NCBI GenBank assembly: GCA_038065495.1
Contig: JBBTQW010000001.1
Span: 110,137 to 164,824, forward strand
DNA: 54,688 nucleotides
DNA from: Patescibacteria group bacterium
GTDB taxonomy: Bacteria; Patescibacteriota; Minisyncoccia; Phycocordibacterales; JACOZG01
Direction: 5' to 3'
Positions 44,301-52,731 of the stretch are shown piece after piece. Numbering within the stretch: position 1 is the first letter of the stretch; each line of letters starts with the position of its first letter. Below the pieces are notes generated by a model, which did no database searches, was not told the DNA's origin, and saw only the letters and a list, made by a program, of their open reading frames with translations. The position numbers and the translations under genes are program-made.

Positions 44301-44368
44301 CCCCTTATTTTAAGGGGGAAGCCAGCTCGCCCCCTCTCTTAGAGTAAGAGAGGGGTTGGGGTGAGTTA
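44301..44368 (+). repeat. Palindromic extragenic elements, copy B (two hairpins)
   Basis: ccccctt-atttt-aaggggg, then cccctctctt-agagt-aagagagggg-ttggggtgagtta. The second unit matches copy A at 17940-17979. Confidence 0.7.
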
Positions 44369-44386
44369 GAAGAAATTTTACAACCC

Positions 44387-45577
44387 CTACTCCTCCAGCG
44401 CTCCTTTTGTATATTTATTAGACGGCGACCACAGGAGCCAGCTCGTCAGACCCGCATCATATGTCGCCTGCATCTGTTTTTTAATCATCTCGGCCGTGTA
44501 GGGCGCCCCGAGGTCAAAGTCTTGCAACCACGGCCGGAGTTTGGCTTTATTCTGCCCCATGGCCACGGCGCGCTTGACCGCTTCGTCCATTGCGTACTTC
44601 ACCACCTCATACGGATAAGCGGCGGGATTTTTGTAACCAAGAAATGTTGCCGGATAATGTGACGGATAAACCATCGGCGCGATGTAATCAAAGTTTGCTA
44701 AACCATTTTCTAATAACTGGCCAATATTTAAGTCATCAAGATTAGAAGTCGTCATGCCAAAGAAGTCAGCCGAAATGGGAATCTTGCTGTCAGCTAATTT
44801 CTCACGCAAATACACAAAAAACTCGTTCATACTCGCCGCTTTTGTCAATTTAGTTTTCTCAAAGAACGGATAACTAATATCTTTCATGTTTCCATCAGAC
44901 GGAAAGCGAATGTAGTCAAAGTTTAGTTCATCAAAGCCGACGCGTTCTGATTCCCGTGCAATCGCCACAATATAATCCCAAGCTTCGCGCGAGGCCGGAT
45001 CCAGCCACTTGGCGCCTTTGTGGTCGGTCCAGACAGCGCCGTTTGAGGCTTTTTTTACCGCCAATTCTGGTTGCTTGGCGGTGAGAAAGGGATCTTGGAA
45101 AACGGCAATCCGGCCAATCACATAAATATTTTTCTCGTGTAATAAATTAATTAGTTCGTGAATATCCGGAATCCGCTTCTCGCTCGAGCCAAACTTTGCT
45201 AATTCTGGATCGGTGACGGCAAAAGAAATTTTGCCCGTGTAATCTTTGATGTCTATCACCACAGAATTTAATTCTGTTTCGTCTATCAATTTTATTAAAC
45301 TGTTGCGAAAGTCTTGCGTCCCGGCCACCCAGCTCGACATATAGATCCCCTTCACCGGCTCGGGCGTAGGCAAGTGTTTAGGCTTGGGCGGGGCGGGCGG
45401 CACAAGCGGCACGGCGCTACCGGGCTGGCCACCCTGCGCAAGCAAAGCTGGATCATAATAGTGCGCGCTGGGCCAGATGGCGAGCGAGGCCCACAGGCCG
45501 AGCGAGCCGACTAGTAAAATCGCGAGAGAAAGTAACAGATGCGAACGACGAAATTTAGAGCGAGGGCGAGATGTCAT
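44387..45577 (-). CDS. Putative TIM-barrel glycoside hydrolase-like protein (DUF4015/GHL-like), membrane-anchored
   Basis: Start trimmed to the ATG at 45577. N-terminal TM segment, then GIYMSSWVAG...LNSVVIDIKDYTGKISF...FDELNFDYIRFP pattern. Confidence 0.6.
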   Translation of the reverse strand: MTSRPRSKFRRSHLLLSLAILLVGSLGLWASLAIWPSAHYYDPALLAQGGQPGSAVPLVPPAPPKPKHLPTPEPVKGIYMSSWVAGTQDFRNSLIKLIDETELNSVVIDIKDYTGKISFAVTDPELAKFGSSEKRIPDIHELINLLHEKNIYVIGRIAVFQDPFLTAKQPELAVKKASNGAVWTDHKGAKWLDPASREAWDYIVAIARESERVGFDELNFDYIRFPSDGNMKDISYPFFEKTKLTKAASMNEFFVYLREKLADSKIPISADFFGMTTSNLDDLNIGQLLENGLANFDYIAPMVYPSHYPATFLGYKNPAAYPYEVVKYAMDEAVKRAVAMGQNKAKLRPWLQDFDLGAPYTAEMIKKQMQATYDAGLTSWLLWSPSNKYTKGALEE

Positions 45578-45752
45578 GATGATCTGATTCGTTAGCACCG
45601 CCCACGCGCGCAAGTGAGAAAAGCGCGATAAAGAAGCCAGCCGCAATCAAGAGTGGCTGCTTGAGACCTTCGGGCAAAGAAATGAGCGGTAAGATCATCA
45701 CCAGCAAACCCAGCGCAAAGTTGTTCCAATTTTTGTGAGTGCGGTTATGCAT
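45555..45752 (-). CDS. Small two-TM membrane protein
   Basis: 65-aa ORF with two hydrophobic helices. Overlaps the downstream gene's start by 23 nt. Confidence 0.35.
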   Translation of the reverse strand: MHNRTHKNWNNFALGLLVMILPLISLPEGLKQPLLIAAGFFIALFSLARVGGANESDHHDISPSL

Positions 45753-45786
45753 AAAAATTAGTTTATTTTATTTTGAATTATTTAGG

Positions 45787-47091
45787 CTATTTTAACAGAA
45801 GTTCGGCCACTTGCCCAATGTCACCGGCGCCCATGGTAATGATCAAGTCACCAGCTTGAGTGGCTTGCTTAAGATACGCCACAATTTCCGTAAAATTTTT
45901 AAAGTATTTGGCTGATTCACCAGATTTATTTTTACTCACTTTAGCTAGTTTCTCGCTAGAAATTTCTGGATCTGGCGCTTCTCTAGCCGCGTAAATATCA
46001 GCCAGAATCACTTCGTCAGCGTCAGCAAAGCTCTCACTAAATTCCAGAAATAATTGCTTAGTACGGCTATACAAGTGCGGCTGGAAAATCACAAATATTT
46101 TTCCCCCTTTTTCTTCCTCACTTTTTTCCACCAATTCTCGCGCGCCAGCGAGAGTAGCGCGAATCTCGCTCGGATGATGGGCGTAATCGTCATAAACTTT
46201 CGCGCCAGTTTTCGTCTCACCTTTAAACTCAAAGCGCCGCCACGTGCCGGCAAAGTTCTCTAACGCTTCCAGCGCTGTGTGGTAAAGTAAATGCAGTTCT
46301 GCTGCCACGCCCAGCGCCGCTTGTGCGTTCTTGATATTGTGCGCGCCAGGAATTTTTAATTTAAAATCAGTTTTGATTTTTTTGTAATCAATAATTTTAC
46401 AACCGGTTTTCTCTGCCATTTTTAGCACTGGTTGCAGATTAGCGTCAGTTTTGTCACAAATCAACGCGCCATCACTTGGCAATTTGCTCGCCAATTCGGC
46501 AAAAGCGTCTTGGATATCCTCGAGATCGCGATAATAATCTAAGTGATCAGCTTCAATATTAGTGATGATTAAAATCTTTGGCGAGAGATTAAGAAAAGAG
46601 CGACGATACTCGCAGGCTTCCACAATCAGCAAGTCACTCTGGCCGGCAATAAAGTTAGCGCCAGAACTAGCGAGCAAACTGCCAACAATCACCGTGGGAT
46701 CGAGTCCGGCGGCCAGAGCCACTTCGGCCAGCATCGCGGTGGTCGTGGTCTTGCCATGCGTGCCGGAGACAGCGATCGTAAAATGAGTTTTAGAGAGTTC
46801 CCCCAACGCTTCCGGATAACTCAAAACTGGCAAATTTAATTCCCGCGCGCGTGATAATTCTGGATGTTCGGGAGAGATCGCGATAGTGTAAATTACTAAA
46901 TCAAAATCTCCAGAAATATTTTCTGCCTTTTGCTCCAGATTAATTTTTGCGCCAAGTTTTTCTAATTCAGCCGTAATCTTAGAACCAGCCCGGTCAGAAC
47001 CGGCGACCTCCCAGCCTTCGCTCAAGTACTTGCGCGCCAGCGCCGAGACGCCAATGCCACCAATGCCAATTAAGTAAGCTCGTTTTTTCAT
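45787..47091 (-). CDS. murC: UDP-N-acetylmuramate--L-alanine ligase
   Basis: IGIGGIGVSALA Rossmann N-terminus and the GTHGKTTTT P-loop of Mur ligases. Confidence 0.9.
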   Translation of the reverse strand: MKKRAYLIGIGGIGVSALARKYLSEGWEVAGSDRAGSKITAELEKLGAKINLEQKAENISGDFDLVIYTIAISPEHPELSRARELNLPVLSYPEALGELSKTHFTIAVSGTHGKTTTTAMLAEVALAAGLDPTVIVGSLLASSGANFIAGQSDLLIVEACEYRRSFLNLSPKILIITNIEADHLDYYRDLEDIQDAFAELASKLPSDGALICDKTDANLQPVLKMAEKTGCKIIDYKKIKTDFKLKIPGAHNIKNAQAALGVAAELHLLYHTALEALENFAGTWRRFEFKGETKTGAKVYDDYAHHPSEIRATLAGARELVEKSEEEKGGKIFVIFQPHLYSRTKQLFLEFSESFADADEVILADIYAAREAPDPEISSEKLAKVSKNKSGESAKYFKNFTEIVAYLKQATQAGDLIITMGAGDIGQVAELLLK

Positions 47092-47103
47092 TGCTTTTAT
47101 TTT

Positions 47104-47132
47104 TTGACAAGCATAGCATAACTTGCTAAAAA
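47104..47132 (+). promoter_or_regulatory. Putative promoter (TTGACA-N17-TAAAAA)
   Basis: ttgaca at 47104-47109 and taaaaa at 47127-47132, upstream of the 47223 ORF. Confidence 0.35.
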
Positions 47133-47222
47133 GGGCCTGGCGAGCTGGGAATGTTCCCGCTCAATTTGCACCTGAACAATTTAAACCGGCAAATTCTAGC
47201 CGGAGAGAAGGAGATTAGCGTT

Positions 47223-48113
47223 ATGGTAGCAGCGACAGCTAGAACAGAGCCTAGCAAAGTAGTGAGCTCTGAGCCAACAACCTCATGTCGTCCGTTTCAT
47301 GGAGTCATCGTTGAGGTCTTTGGGTTCCCGACTGGAGACTGGAGCATCGAGGCTGGCGGTGGTTATCAAGACCCCAATGCCTTCGTCAATGTAGCTCGCC
47401 TGGCCAGAGACAGACACCGTCTCACTGGGTTAATCGTACCAATCGTCAGAACCTTCAACGCCAGACTGGGAGGACTCTGCGATTTTTCGACTATGTTTAC
47501 TCCGATCTCGTGCCTGCGGGTCCGAACTGGTTTGGAGGCTGACGGCGTTCTCTATCTGCCGCCTGGTTGGGGCATCGCTTTCCCTTCCGCCGATTGCCCG
47601 ACCGTTGTGATCTGGGGCCAAGAAACAGGAATTGTGATGGCCGCCCACGCTGGACGAGATTCACTCTTCGATCGTGCTTTTGCTTCTGGTATTCAAAACA
47701 TCAGAGAAGAAACGTGGCCAATCAAGAGCATCATCCTAAGAATGTTAGAGTGGGTCAAGAGCTTCGGCGAACCATCAGAGAGTATCCATGTCTTTTCTTG
47801 TGTCGGCATTGGCGCAGAGAGCTACCCTCACCGCTTCGACGATCCTCGACATGGTCGAGCCAATCAGAGAGTCTGGGAATACCTGAAGCAGCGGTATGGC
47901 CACAACGGCGCCTTTGTGGGAGAAAATCTCGATCTCCACGAATTGATCCGCCTGCAAGCTCTCTGTGTGGGAGTGCCAGCAGAAAACATCACCCGAGACA
48001 GGGTAGATACTTATGCCGACACTGATTCATCTGGCCAGCCTCTCTACCACAGCGTGAGGCGCGAACCAGGAAGCAAGAAGCGAAATCTCGTCTTCGTCGC
48101 ACACCTTGGCTAA
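47223..48113 (+). CDS. YfiH/PgeF-like laccase-domain (Cu-oxidase_4) protein
   Basis: SADCPTVVIW, AAHAGRDSL and FSCVGIGAESYPHRF segments resemble the ADCxP / HAGWRG / C..C..Y motifs of the YfiH family. Start set at the ATG at 47223, preceded by the SD aaggag. Confidence 0.6.
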   Translation: MVAATARTEPSKVVSSEPTTSCRPFHGVIVEVFGFPTGDWSIEAGGGYQDPNAFVNVARLARDRHRLTGLIVPIVRTFNARLGGLCDFSTMFTPISCLRVRTGLEADGVLYLPPGWGIAFPSADCPTVVIWGQETGIVMAAHAGRDSLFDRAFASGIQNIREETWPIKSIILRMLEWVKSFGEPSESIHVFSCVGIGAESYPHRFDDPRHGRANQRVWEYLKQRYGHNGAFVGENLDLHELIRLQALCVGVPAENITRDRVDTYADTDSSGQPLYHSVRREPGSKKRNLVFVAHLG

Positions 48114-48141
48114 GAAACCAAGAAAACTGTTCGCAAACGCA

Positions 48142-48172
48142 CAGCGTACTCGCAAGGGTACGCTGTTTTTTT
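48142..48172 (+). terminator. Rho-independent terminator
   Basis: cagcgtac-tcgcaagg-gtacgctg followed by ttttttt. Confidence 0.65.
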
Positions 48173-49553
48173 ATTTCAGTTTTTTCACTAACTGATCAAA
48201 CTGCGCACCGCGGTCGTACTCGTTTTTAAACATCCCAAACGACGCAAAAGCTGGCGAAAACAAGAGCGTGTCACCCTTCTCACAAAACTCTAAACTCACT
48301 TTCACTGCTTCAGCTAAACTTTTTACTAAAACTTTCTTCTCAATTTTATTTTTTATCTTTTCTGTACCTGAACCGGGTAATAAAATTATTTGTCTACAAA
48401 ATTTATCTAGATTTTTTATCAGCTCACTCATGTCCAGAGTTTTATCCGCGCCACCCAAAATCAGCACAAGCTTGTGCGGATTTTGTCCCGAGCGTAGTCG
48501 AGGGAAGCTCAACGCTTTTAGCGCCACCAGCGTGGCATCTGGAGTTGTCGCCGTGGTGTCATTATAAATTTTAATCCCCTGCCAAGTTCTCACCAATTCT
48601 AGCCTGCCCGCTACACCAGAAAAACTTTCTACTGCTTGCTTAATAATTTTTTCAGGAATTTCTAATTCCCGTGCCACCGCTACCGCCAGCGCGAAATTCT
48701 GGCGATTATGCTCGCCGGGCAATTTGAGCTTCCAACTTTTTGGCAGTTTTGGCACCTTGCCGCCCCAGAATAATTTATCACTCGATCTCTTATTCTGATA
48801 TTTAAAAATATTCGCCTTATCAGCAAAATATTTCTTCATACTTCCACCATAATAATTCAGGTGATCAGCCATGAAATTTGTAAAAACAGCAATATTGGGA
48901 CTAATCTTGAGATCACCGAAACCTTGCAGCTGCCACGAGTCCAGTTCCAGCACTACTAAATCATCTTTTCTAATTTTCTCCAGCAAAGGCAAAGTCGTTA
49001 AGCCTTGGATGTTTCCGCCAAGATGTACTTTCTTCTCACCGAAATATTCTCGCAAAATCTCGTGAATTAATTTCGTCGTAGTCGTCTTGCCGCGCGTGCC
49101 AGTGATGCCAATAATTTTCACGCCCATTTCTTGCGCAAATTTGGCAAACAGCGCCGTACTCATCCGGACAGGAATTTTATTCTTTTTTGCTTCAGTAATA
49201 AACGGCGAAACAAGAGGCACGCCAGCGGCTTTGATAATCAAATCTCGATTCCGGAAATCTTCTAATCTGTGTCCACCCAGAACAAATTTAATATTTTTAT
49301 ACTTTCGGAGCTTTGCAAGCGACGGCCTGAGCGCAGTCGAAGGCTTCAAATCCGTCACGACTAATTCACTTGCACATTTCGCCAAGAATTGCGCATCGCC
49401 AACTCCCCGCCCGAGTAGGCCCAGGCCCATCAGGGTGATCTTTTTGCCAGAGAAAAATTGTTGATAATTGAGAATAAGAGTAAATAGAAACTTAGAAAAT
49501 CCTCCCAAACAACCCAGCAATCCACCGACCAAATTTACCAAACACATTAGCAT
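48171..49553 (-). CDS. murD: UDP-N-acetylmuramoylalanine--D-glutamate ligase
   Basis: GKKITLMGLGLLGRG N-terminus and the GTRGKTTTT P-loop. The start is uncertain: Met at 49553 or 49547 overlaps the upstream gene's end, and the 5' part of the track ORF looks non-coding. Confidence 0.8.
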   Translation of the reverse strand: MLMCLVNLVGGLLGCLGGFSKFLFTLILNYQQFFSGKKITLMGLGLLGRGVGDAQFLAKCASELVVTDLKPSTALRPSLAKLRKYKNIKFVLGGHRLEDFRNRDLIIKAAGVPLVSPFITEAKKNKIPVRMSTALFAKFAQEMGVKIIGITGTRGKTTTTKLIHEILREYFGEKKVHLGGNIQGLTTLPLLEKIRKDDLVVLELDSWQLQGFGDLKISPNIAVFTNFMADHLNYYGGSMKKYFADKANIFKYQNKRSSDKLFWGGKVPKLPKSWKLKLPGEHNRQNFALAVAVARELEIPEKIIKQAVESFSGVAGRLELVRTWQGIKIYNDTTATTPDATLVALKALSFPRLRSGQNPHKLVLILGGADKTLDMSELIKNLDKFCRQIILLPGSGTEKIKNKIEKKVLVKSLAEAVKVSLEFCEKGDTLLFSPAFASFGMFKNEYDRGAQFDQLVKKLK

Positions 49554-51351
49554 TATCGCCCGCCGGTGTCGTTGTGGCCACCGAACTGGTTGGCGCACCG
49601 AGTTCAGCATCAGCATTTGTGTCGGTAGCCAGTGTATTTACGCCCAAAACCTGACCGGTCGGCGCGATATTTTGCGCTGTTTGCCGTTGCTTGATACTTT
49701 CCAAGAGCGCCAAGAGTTGTGCGCGCTCGGCGTCGGAGAGATTGGGCTCGCCACCAGTTGGCAGGATCACGCTCTGACTACCGCCGCTGGAGCCGCCACT
49801 TGAGCTATTATTTTCGCCAGAACTTGGCGCTGGATCTTCGGCCGGCGGAGTCGTGGTTGCCGTACTGGTCGCAATCGCGCTAAAAGTTACAGCGATAGTG
49901 TGATCTGCAGTGACACTCAAGAAAGTGTAAGTGCTAGTCGCCGTGCTCGTGGCGCTGTCTATCAATAATTCACTTAGTTCAAAGCCAGGATCTGGCGTGA
50001 AGGTGAAGACTTGATCAGCGCCAGCAGCCACGCTCACGGCACCACTTGGGTCAATCACGCCGCCCGCGCTTGAGGTCGCTGTGATCGTGTGGGTCGTGGG
50101 TGGTACAGGATCGGCCACAAAGTTCGCTGTCACGTTTTTGTCGCTATCTAAAGTAACAGAAGTTGGATTAGCGGAACCAGAGAGATCGCCGCTCCAACCA
50201 GAAAAAGTGTAACCAGCATTTGGCGTCGCCATGAGCTCAACCATTGTATCGTGATCGTAACTGGCTTGATCGGGATTTTTAGTCACAGCGCCATTATCGG
50301 CTGTGATATTTAACACATGAGTAACCGGTGCGAAAGTGGCAGAAATACTATGATTGGCCGTGACGGCCGCGAAGTTGTAACTCGCGACAGCACCGACCGA
50401 AACACTATCAACCAAAACATCAGCGATTTGGAAGTTAGCGTCCGGCGTGATGGCGAAAGCTTGATCAGTATTCTCCGTCACATTTATCATGCCAAGTGGC
50501 GAGATCGAACCGCCCGTGCCAGCGCTGGCAGAAATTGTGTAAGAACCAGGAACCACGACATCAGCCGCAAAATTAGCCGTGACAGAAATGTCGCTCACCA
50601 CGTTCAGATCAGTTCTGGGATTATTAGTTAAGCCATCACTCCAATCTACAAAGTGATAACCAGCATCAGCCACAGCCGTGACCGCCGTGCCGTCTTCACC
50701 TTCATTTACCATTTGTACTACTTGCGGCAAATTGGAATCCAGAGATCCGTTAGCGCCAGCTGTGTAAGTGAGAGTGTGTTGAACCGGAGCTGGAAGATGA
50801 TAATCCACACTTAACTTCACAAAATCGTGTCTAGTTTTAACGCTCCCACCGATGGCGGTTGTTTTAAAGGCTAAAAATCGAGCCTTGAGATTATTTACTT
50901 TTGTTGCCGTATTGATCTGGGAACTAAGATCGATCTCCTGCAAAGAATCCGTGCTGTTGTTTGCTGGATTCGTTAGTGCGTAGTCAGTAAAACTTGCACC
51001 ATCCCAAATCGACAATTTTCTTCCGTCTAACGCCGAATCACGACGAAACTCATGAGTGATTTTTACACTATCAATGATAGCGTCACTGGGGATATTTGGT
51101 TGGAAGAGAAACTCTAGATACTTGTTTGCATCAAACGACGCCACGCCATTGGGCCAATTTGACGCAGTAACATAGTGGACATCATCGCTAGTATTTAATT
51201 TAGTAAAATCGCTGGCAGAAAAAGCCACTGAACTAGTCGCCGTATTATCAGTTCCCGAAACTACAAAATAATCAGCTGTTGCTCCCTCTGCTCTCATTCC
51301 TAATCCGCACAACAAGATCAGCATTGCTAACAAAAGTTTTCGGTAAGTCAT
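49492..51351 (-). CDS. Secreted cell-surface protein with InlB B-repeat-like (bacterial repeat) domains
   Basis: Signal peptide MTYRKLLLAMLILLCGLGMRAEG. Repeated ~80-aa units carry GYHFVDWSDG / GYTFSGWSGD signatures. There is a Ser/Gly/Thr-rich linker and a hydrophobic C-terminus. Confidence 0.7.
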   Translation of the reverse strand: MTYRKLLLAMLILLCGLGMRAEGATADYFVVSGTDNTATSSVAFSASDFTKLNTSDDVHYVTASNWPNGVASFDANKYLEFLFQPNIPSDAIIDSVKITHEFRRDSALDGRKLSIWDGASFTDYALTNPANNSTDSLQEIDLSSQINTATKVNNLKARFLAFKTTAIGGSVKTRHDFVKLSVDYHLPAPVQHTLTYTAGANGSLDSNLPQVVQMVNEGEDGTAVTAVADAGYHFVDWSDGLTNNPRTDLNVVSDISVTANFAADVVVPGSYTISASAGTGGSISPLGMINVTENTDQAFAITPDANFQIADVLVDSVSVGAVASYNFAAVTANHSISATFAPVTHVLNITADNGAVTKNPDQASYDHDTMVELMATPNAGYTFSGWSGDLSGSANPTSVTLDSDKNVTANFVADPVPPTTHTITATSSAGGVIDPSGAVSVAAGADQVFTFTPDPGFELSELLIDSATSTATSTYTFLSVTADHTIAVTFSAIATSTATTTPPAEDPAPSSGENNSSSGGSSGGSQSVILPTGGEPNLSDAERAQLLALLESIKQRQTAQNIAPTGQVLGVNTLATDTNADAELGAPTSSVATTTPAGDNANVFGKFGRWIAGLFGRIF

Positions 51352-51389
51352 AGAGATAACAGGAAATTTAATCTTTTAATTTACCGAGG

Positions 51390-51419
51390 ATTATCGGCTA
51401 GACGACCACCGTCTGTCAA
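51390..51419 (-). promoter_or_regulatory. Putative promoter (TTGACA-N18-GATAAT)
   Basis: On the minus strand, TTGACA lies at 51419-51414 and GATAAT at 51395-51390, upstream of the surface-protein gene. Confidence 0.35.
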
Positions 51420-51479
51420 GAAAATTTTAGCCAATTCTAAAGGACACGCTAAAGGACAAACCTAACTCTCGAGAGAAGG

Positions 51480-51499
51480 GGTGCCGAAGGTGGGACTTG
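51480..51499 (-). repeat. 20-bp direct repeat of the tRNA-Leu 3' end (att-like)
   Basis: ggtgccgaaggtgggacttg at 51480-51499 is identical to 52002-52021. Confidence 0.85.
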
Positions 51500-51525
51500 G
51501 TCAGTGAAAAATTGTTGGTAGTCGG

Positions 51526-51999
51526 TTATAGAAACTTTTCCCAAATATAATAATCTTGATTAAACCAGTGGTTCTTGAGCTCACCAACTTTAGCAAAATT
51601 CATTTTCTGAAGGAAACTGATTGATTCTAGGTTATCAGCTCGTGTATCCAGCCAGATCTTATGGTTCCCACTCTCTCTGAGCAAAGTAAATAAATAATCC
51701 ACCAGAACCTGCGCCACCCCCTGACGACGGGTGGCTGGGTCAACTCCAATCCATTCGGCATAAAAAGTTCCGGATTGATCAACTCCGGAACAGAAACCAA
51801 CGATCTTTCCTCCCTCCTCTTGGGCAATCAAAAGCAAGTGATGGGGACTCTTAATCCTCCTATGTAGAGCCTCGCCCCTATACTGTCTAATATTCTCGGC
51901 CTTGGCTCGGTCGTTGTAATAAGGCACATGAGAAATAATGCTGGCAATCAATACCGAGAGAGTGGGTGCATCCTGCTCAGTGGCTTTTCTTATTTCCAT
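51526..51999 (-). CDS. GNAT-family N-acetyltransferase
   Basis: 157 aa with the acetyl-CoA binding motif RRQGVAQVLV. The start codon lies 2 nt from the tRNA-Leu CCA end. Confidence 0.8.
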   Translation of the reverse strand: MEIRKATEQDAPTLSVLIASIISHVPYYNDRAKAENIRQYRGEALHRRIKSPHHLLLIAQEEGGKIVGFCSGVDQSGTFYAEWIGVDPATRRQGVAQVLVDYLFTLLRESGNHKIWLDTRADNLESISFLQKMNFAKVGELKNHWFNQDYYIWEKFL

Positions 52000-52000
52000 T

Positions 52001-52087
52001 TGGTGCCGAAGGTGGGACTTGAACCCACACGAGCTTGCGCCCGCACGCCTCTGAAGCGTGTGCGTCTGCCAATTTCGCCACTTCGGC
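52001..52087 (-). tRNA. tRNA-Leu (CAG)
   Basis: GCCGAAG acceptor stem, anticodon loop UUCAGAG, long variable arm, T-arm UGGGUUCAAGUCCCA. CCA is encoded. Confidence 0.9.
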
Positions 52088-52117
52088 TCTTGTCTACACT
52101 TACAAACTGATACCGCG

Positions 52118-52163
52118 CCAGCCCAAGGCTGGTAAATCTGCCAACTTGCCAGCCTTGGGCTGG
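52118..52163. repeat. 15-bp-arm inverted repeat (hairpin)
   Basis: ccagcccaaggctgg (52118-52132) and ccagccttgggctgg (52149-52163) are exact reverse complements. Each arm is itself nearly palindromic. Confidence 0.7.
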
Positions 52164-52225
52164 TTTCCCACTTCGGCTTTCACTCGCACTCTAGCAAATT
52201 TCCAGCCACAATTCTATCTGTTTCT

Positions 52226-52447
52226 TTACAACTTCTCGCGCAACTTGCGCTCCACTGCTTCTTCAATATAACTTTGCAGATCCAGCGCGCGCTTGTCGAT
52301 TTTCGTCGAGAATTCTTCTTTCAACTTTCTAGCTAGTTCTTCTAGTTCTAGTTTCTGTAATTTGCGAACATAAATCACTTGCACCACAATCAGCACCGCG
52401 CTGGCGAGTAAAAAAGCTAAACCTAAAATTATTAAATTATTCGTCAT
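52226..52447 (-). CDS. Small membrane-anchored coiled-coil protein
   Basis: 73 aa: an N-terminal TM helix followed by a charged helical tail. Confidence 0.45.
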   Translation of the reverse strand: MTNNLIILGLAFLLASAVLIVVQVIYVRKLQKLELEELARKLKEEFSTKIDKRALDLQSYIEEAVERKLREKL

Positions 52448-52564
52448 ATCATTGTTTCATTATTATGAATAGTATGAATAGGAATCTCCTTCGCCTCTCA
52501 CCTCCGGCGTTCGCTCCCTCCACGCACGCTCCGCGTGCTCATGCGCCAAGAACCAGGAAACGAG

Positions 52565-52636
52565 TGCGCATGGAAGGAATCGAACCTTCGACCTCTGTCT
52601 TATCAGGACAGCGTTCTACCACTGAACTACACGCGC
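52565..52636 (-). tRNA. tRNA-Ile (GAU)
   Basis: GCGCGUG acceptor stem, anticodon stem CUGUC/GACAG, anticodon loop CUGAUAA, T-arm GAAGGUUCGAUUCCUUC. Confidence 0.9.
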
Positions 52637-52649
52637 TCGTGAGAGCCAG

Positions 52650-52678
52650 AATATAACAGAAAAGCCTGTTTTGAGCAA
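52650..52678 (-). promoter_or_regulatory. Putative promoter for tRNA-Ile (TTGCTC-N17-TATATT)
   Basis: On the minus strand, TTGCTC lies at 52678-52673 and TATATT at 52655-52650, about 14 nt upstream of the tRNA 5' end. Confidence 0.4.
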
Positions 52679-52716
52679 AGAAAAAAGACCGTGGCAGCAA
52701 TGCGCCATCACGGTCT
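52679..52716 (-). terminator. Rho-independent terminator after the Clp_N gene
   Basis: Minus strand reads AGACCGTGATGGCGCATTGCTGCCACGGTCT followed by TTTTTTC. Confidence 0.65.
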
Positions 52717-52731
52717 TCGGAAACTGGTGAA

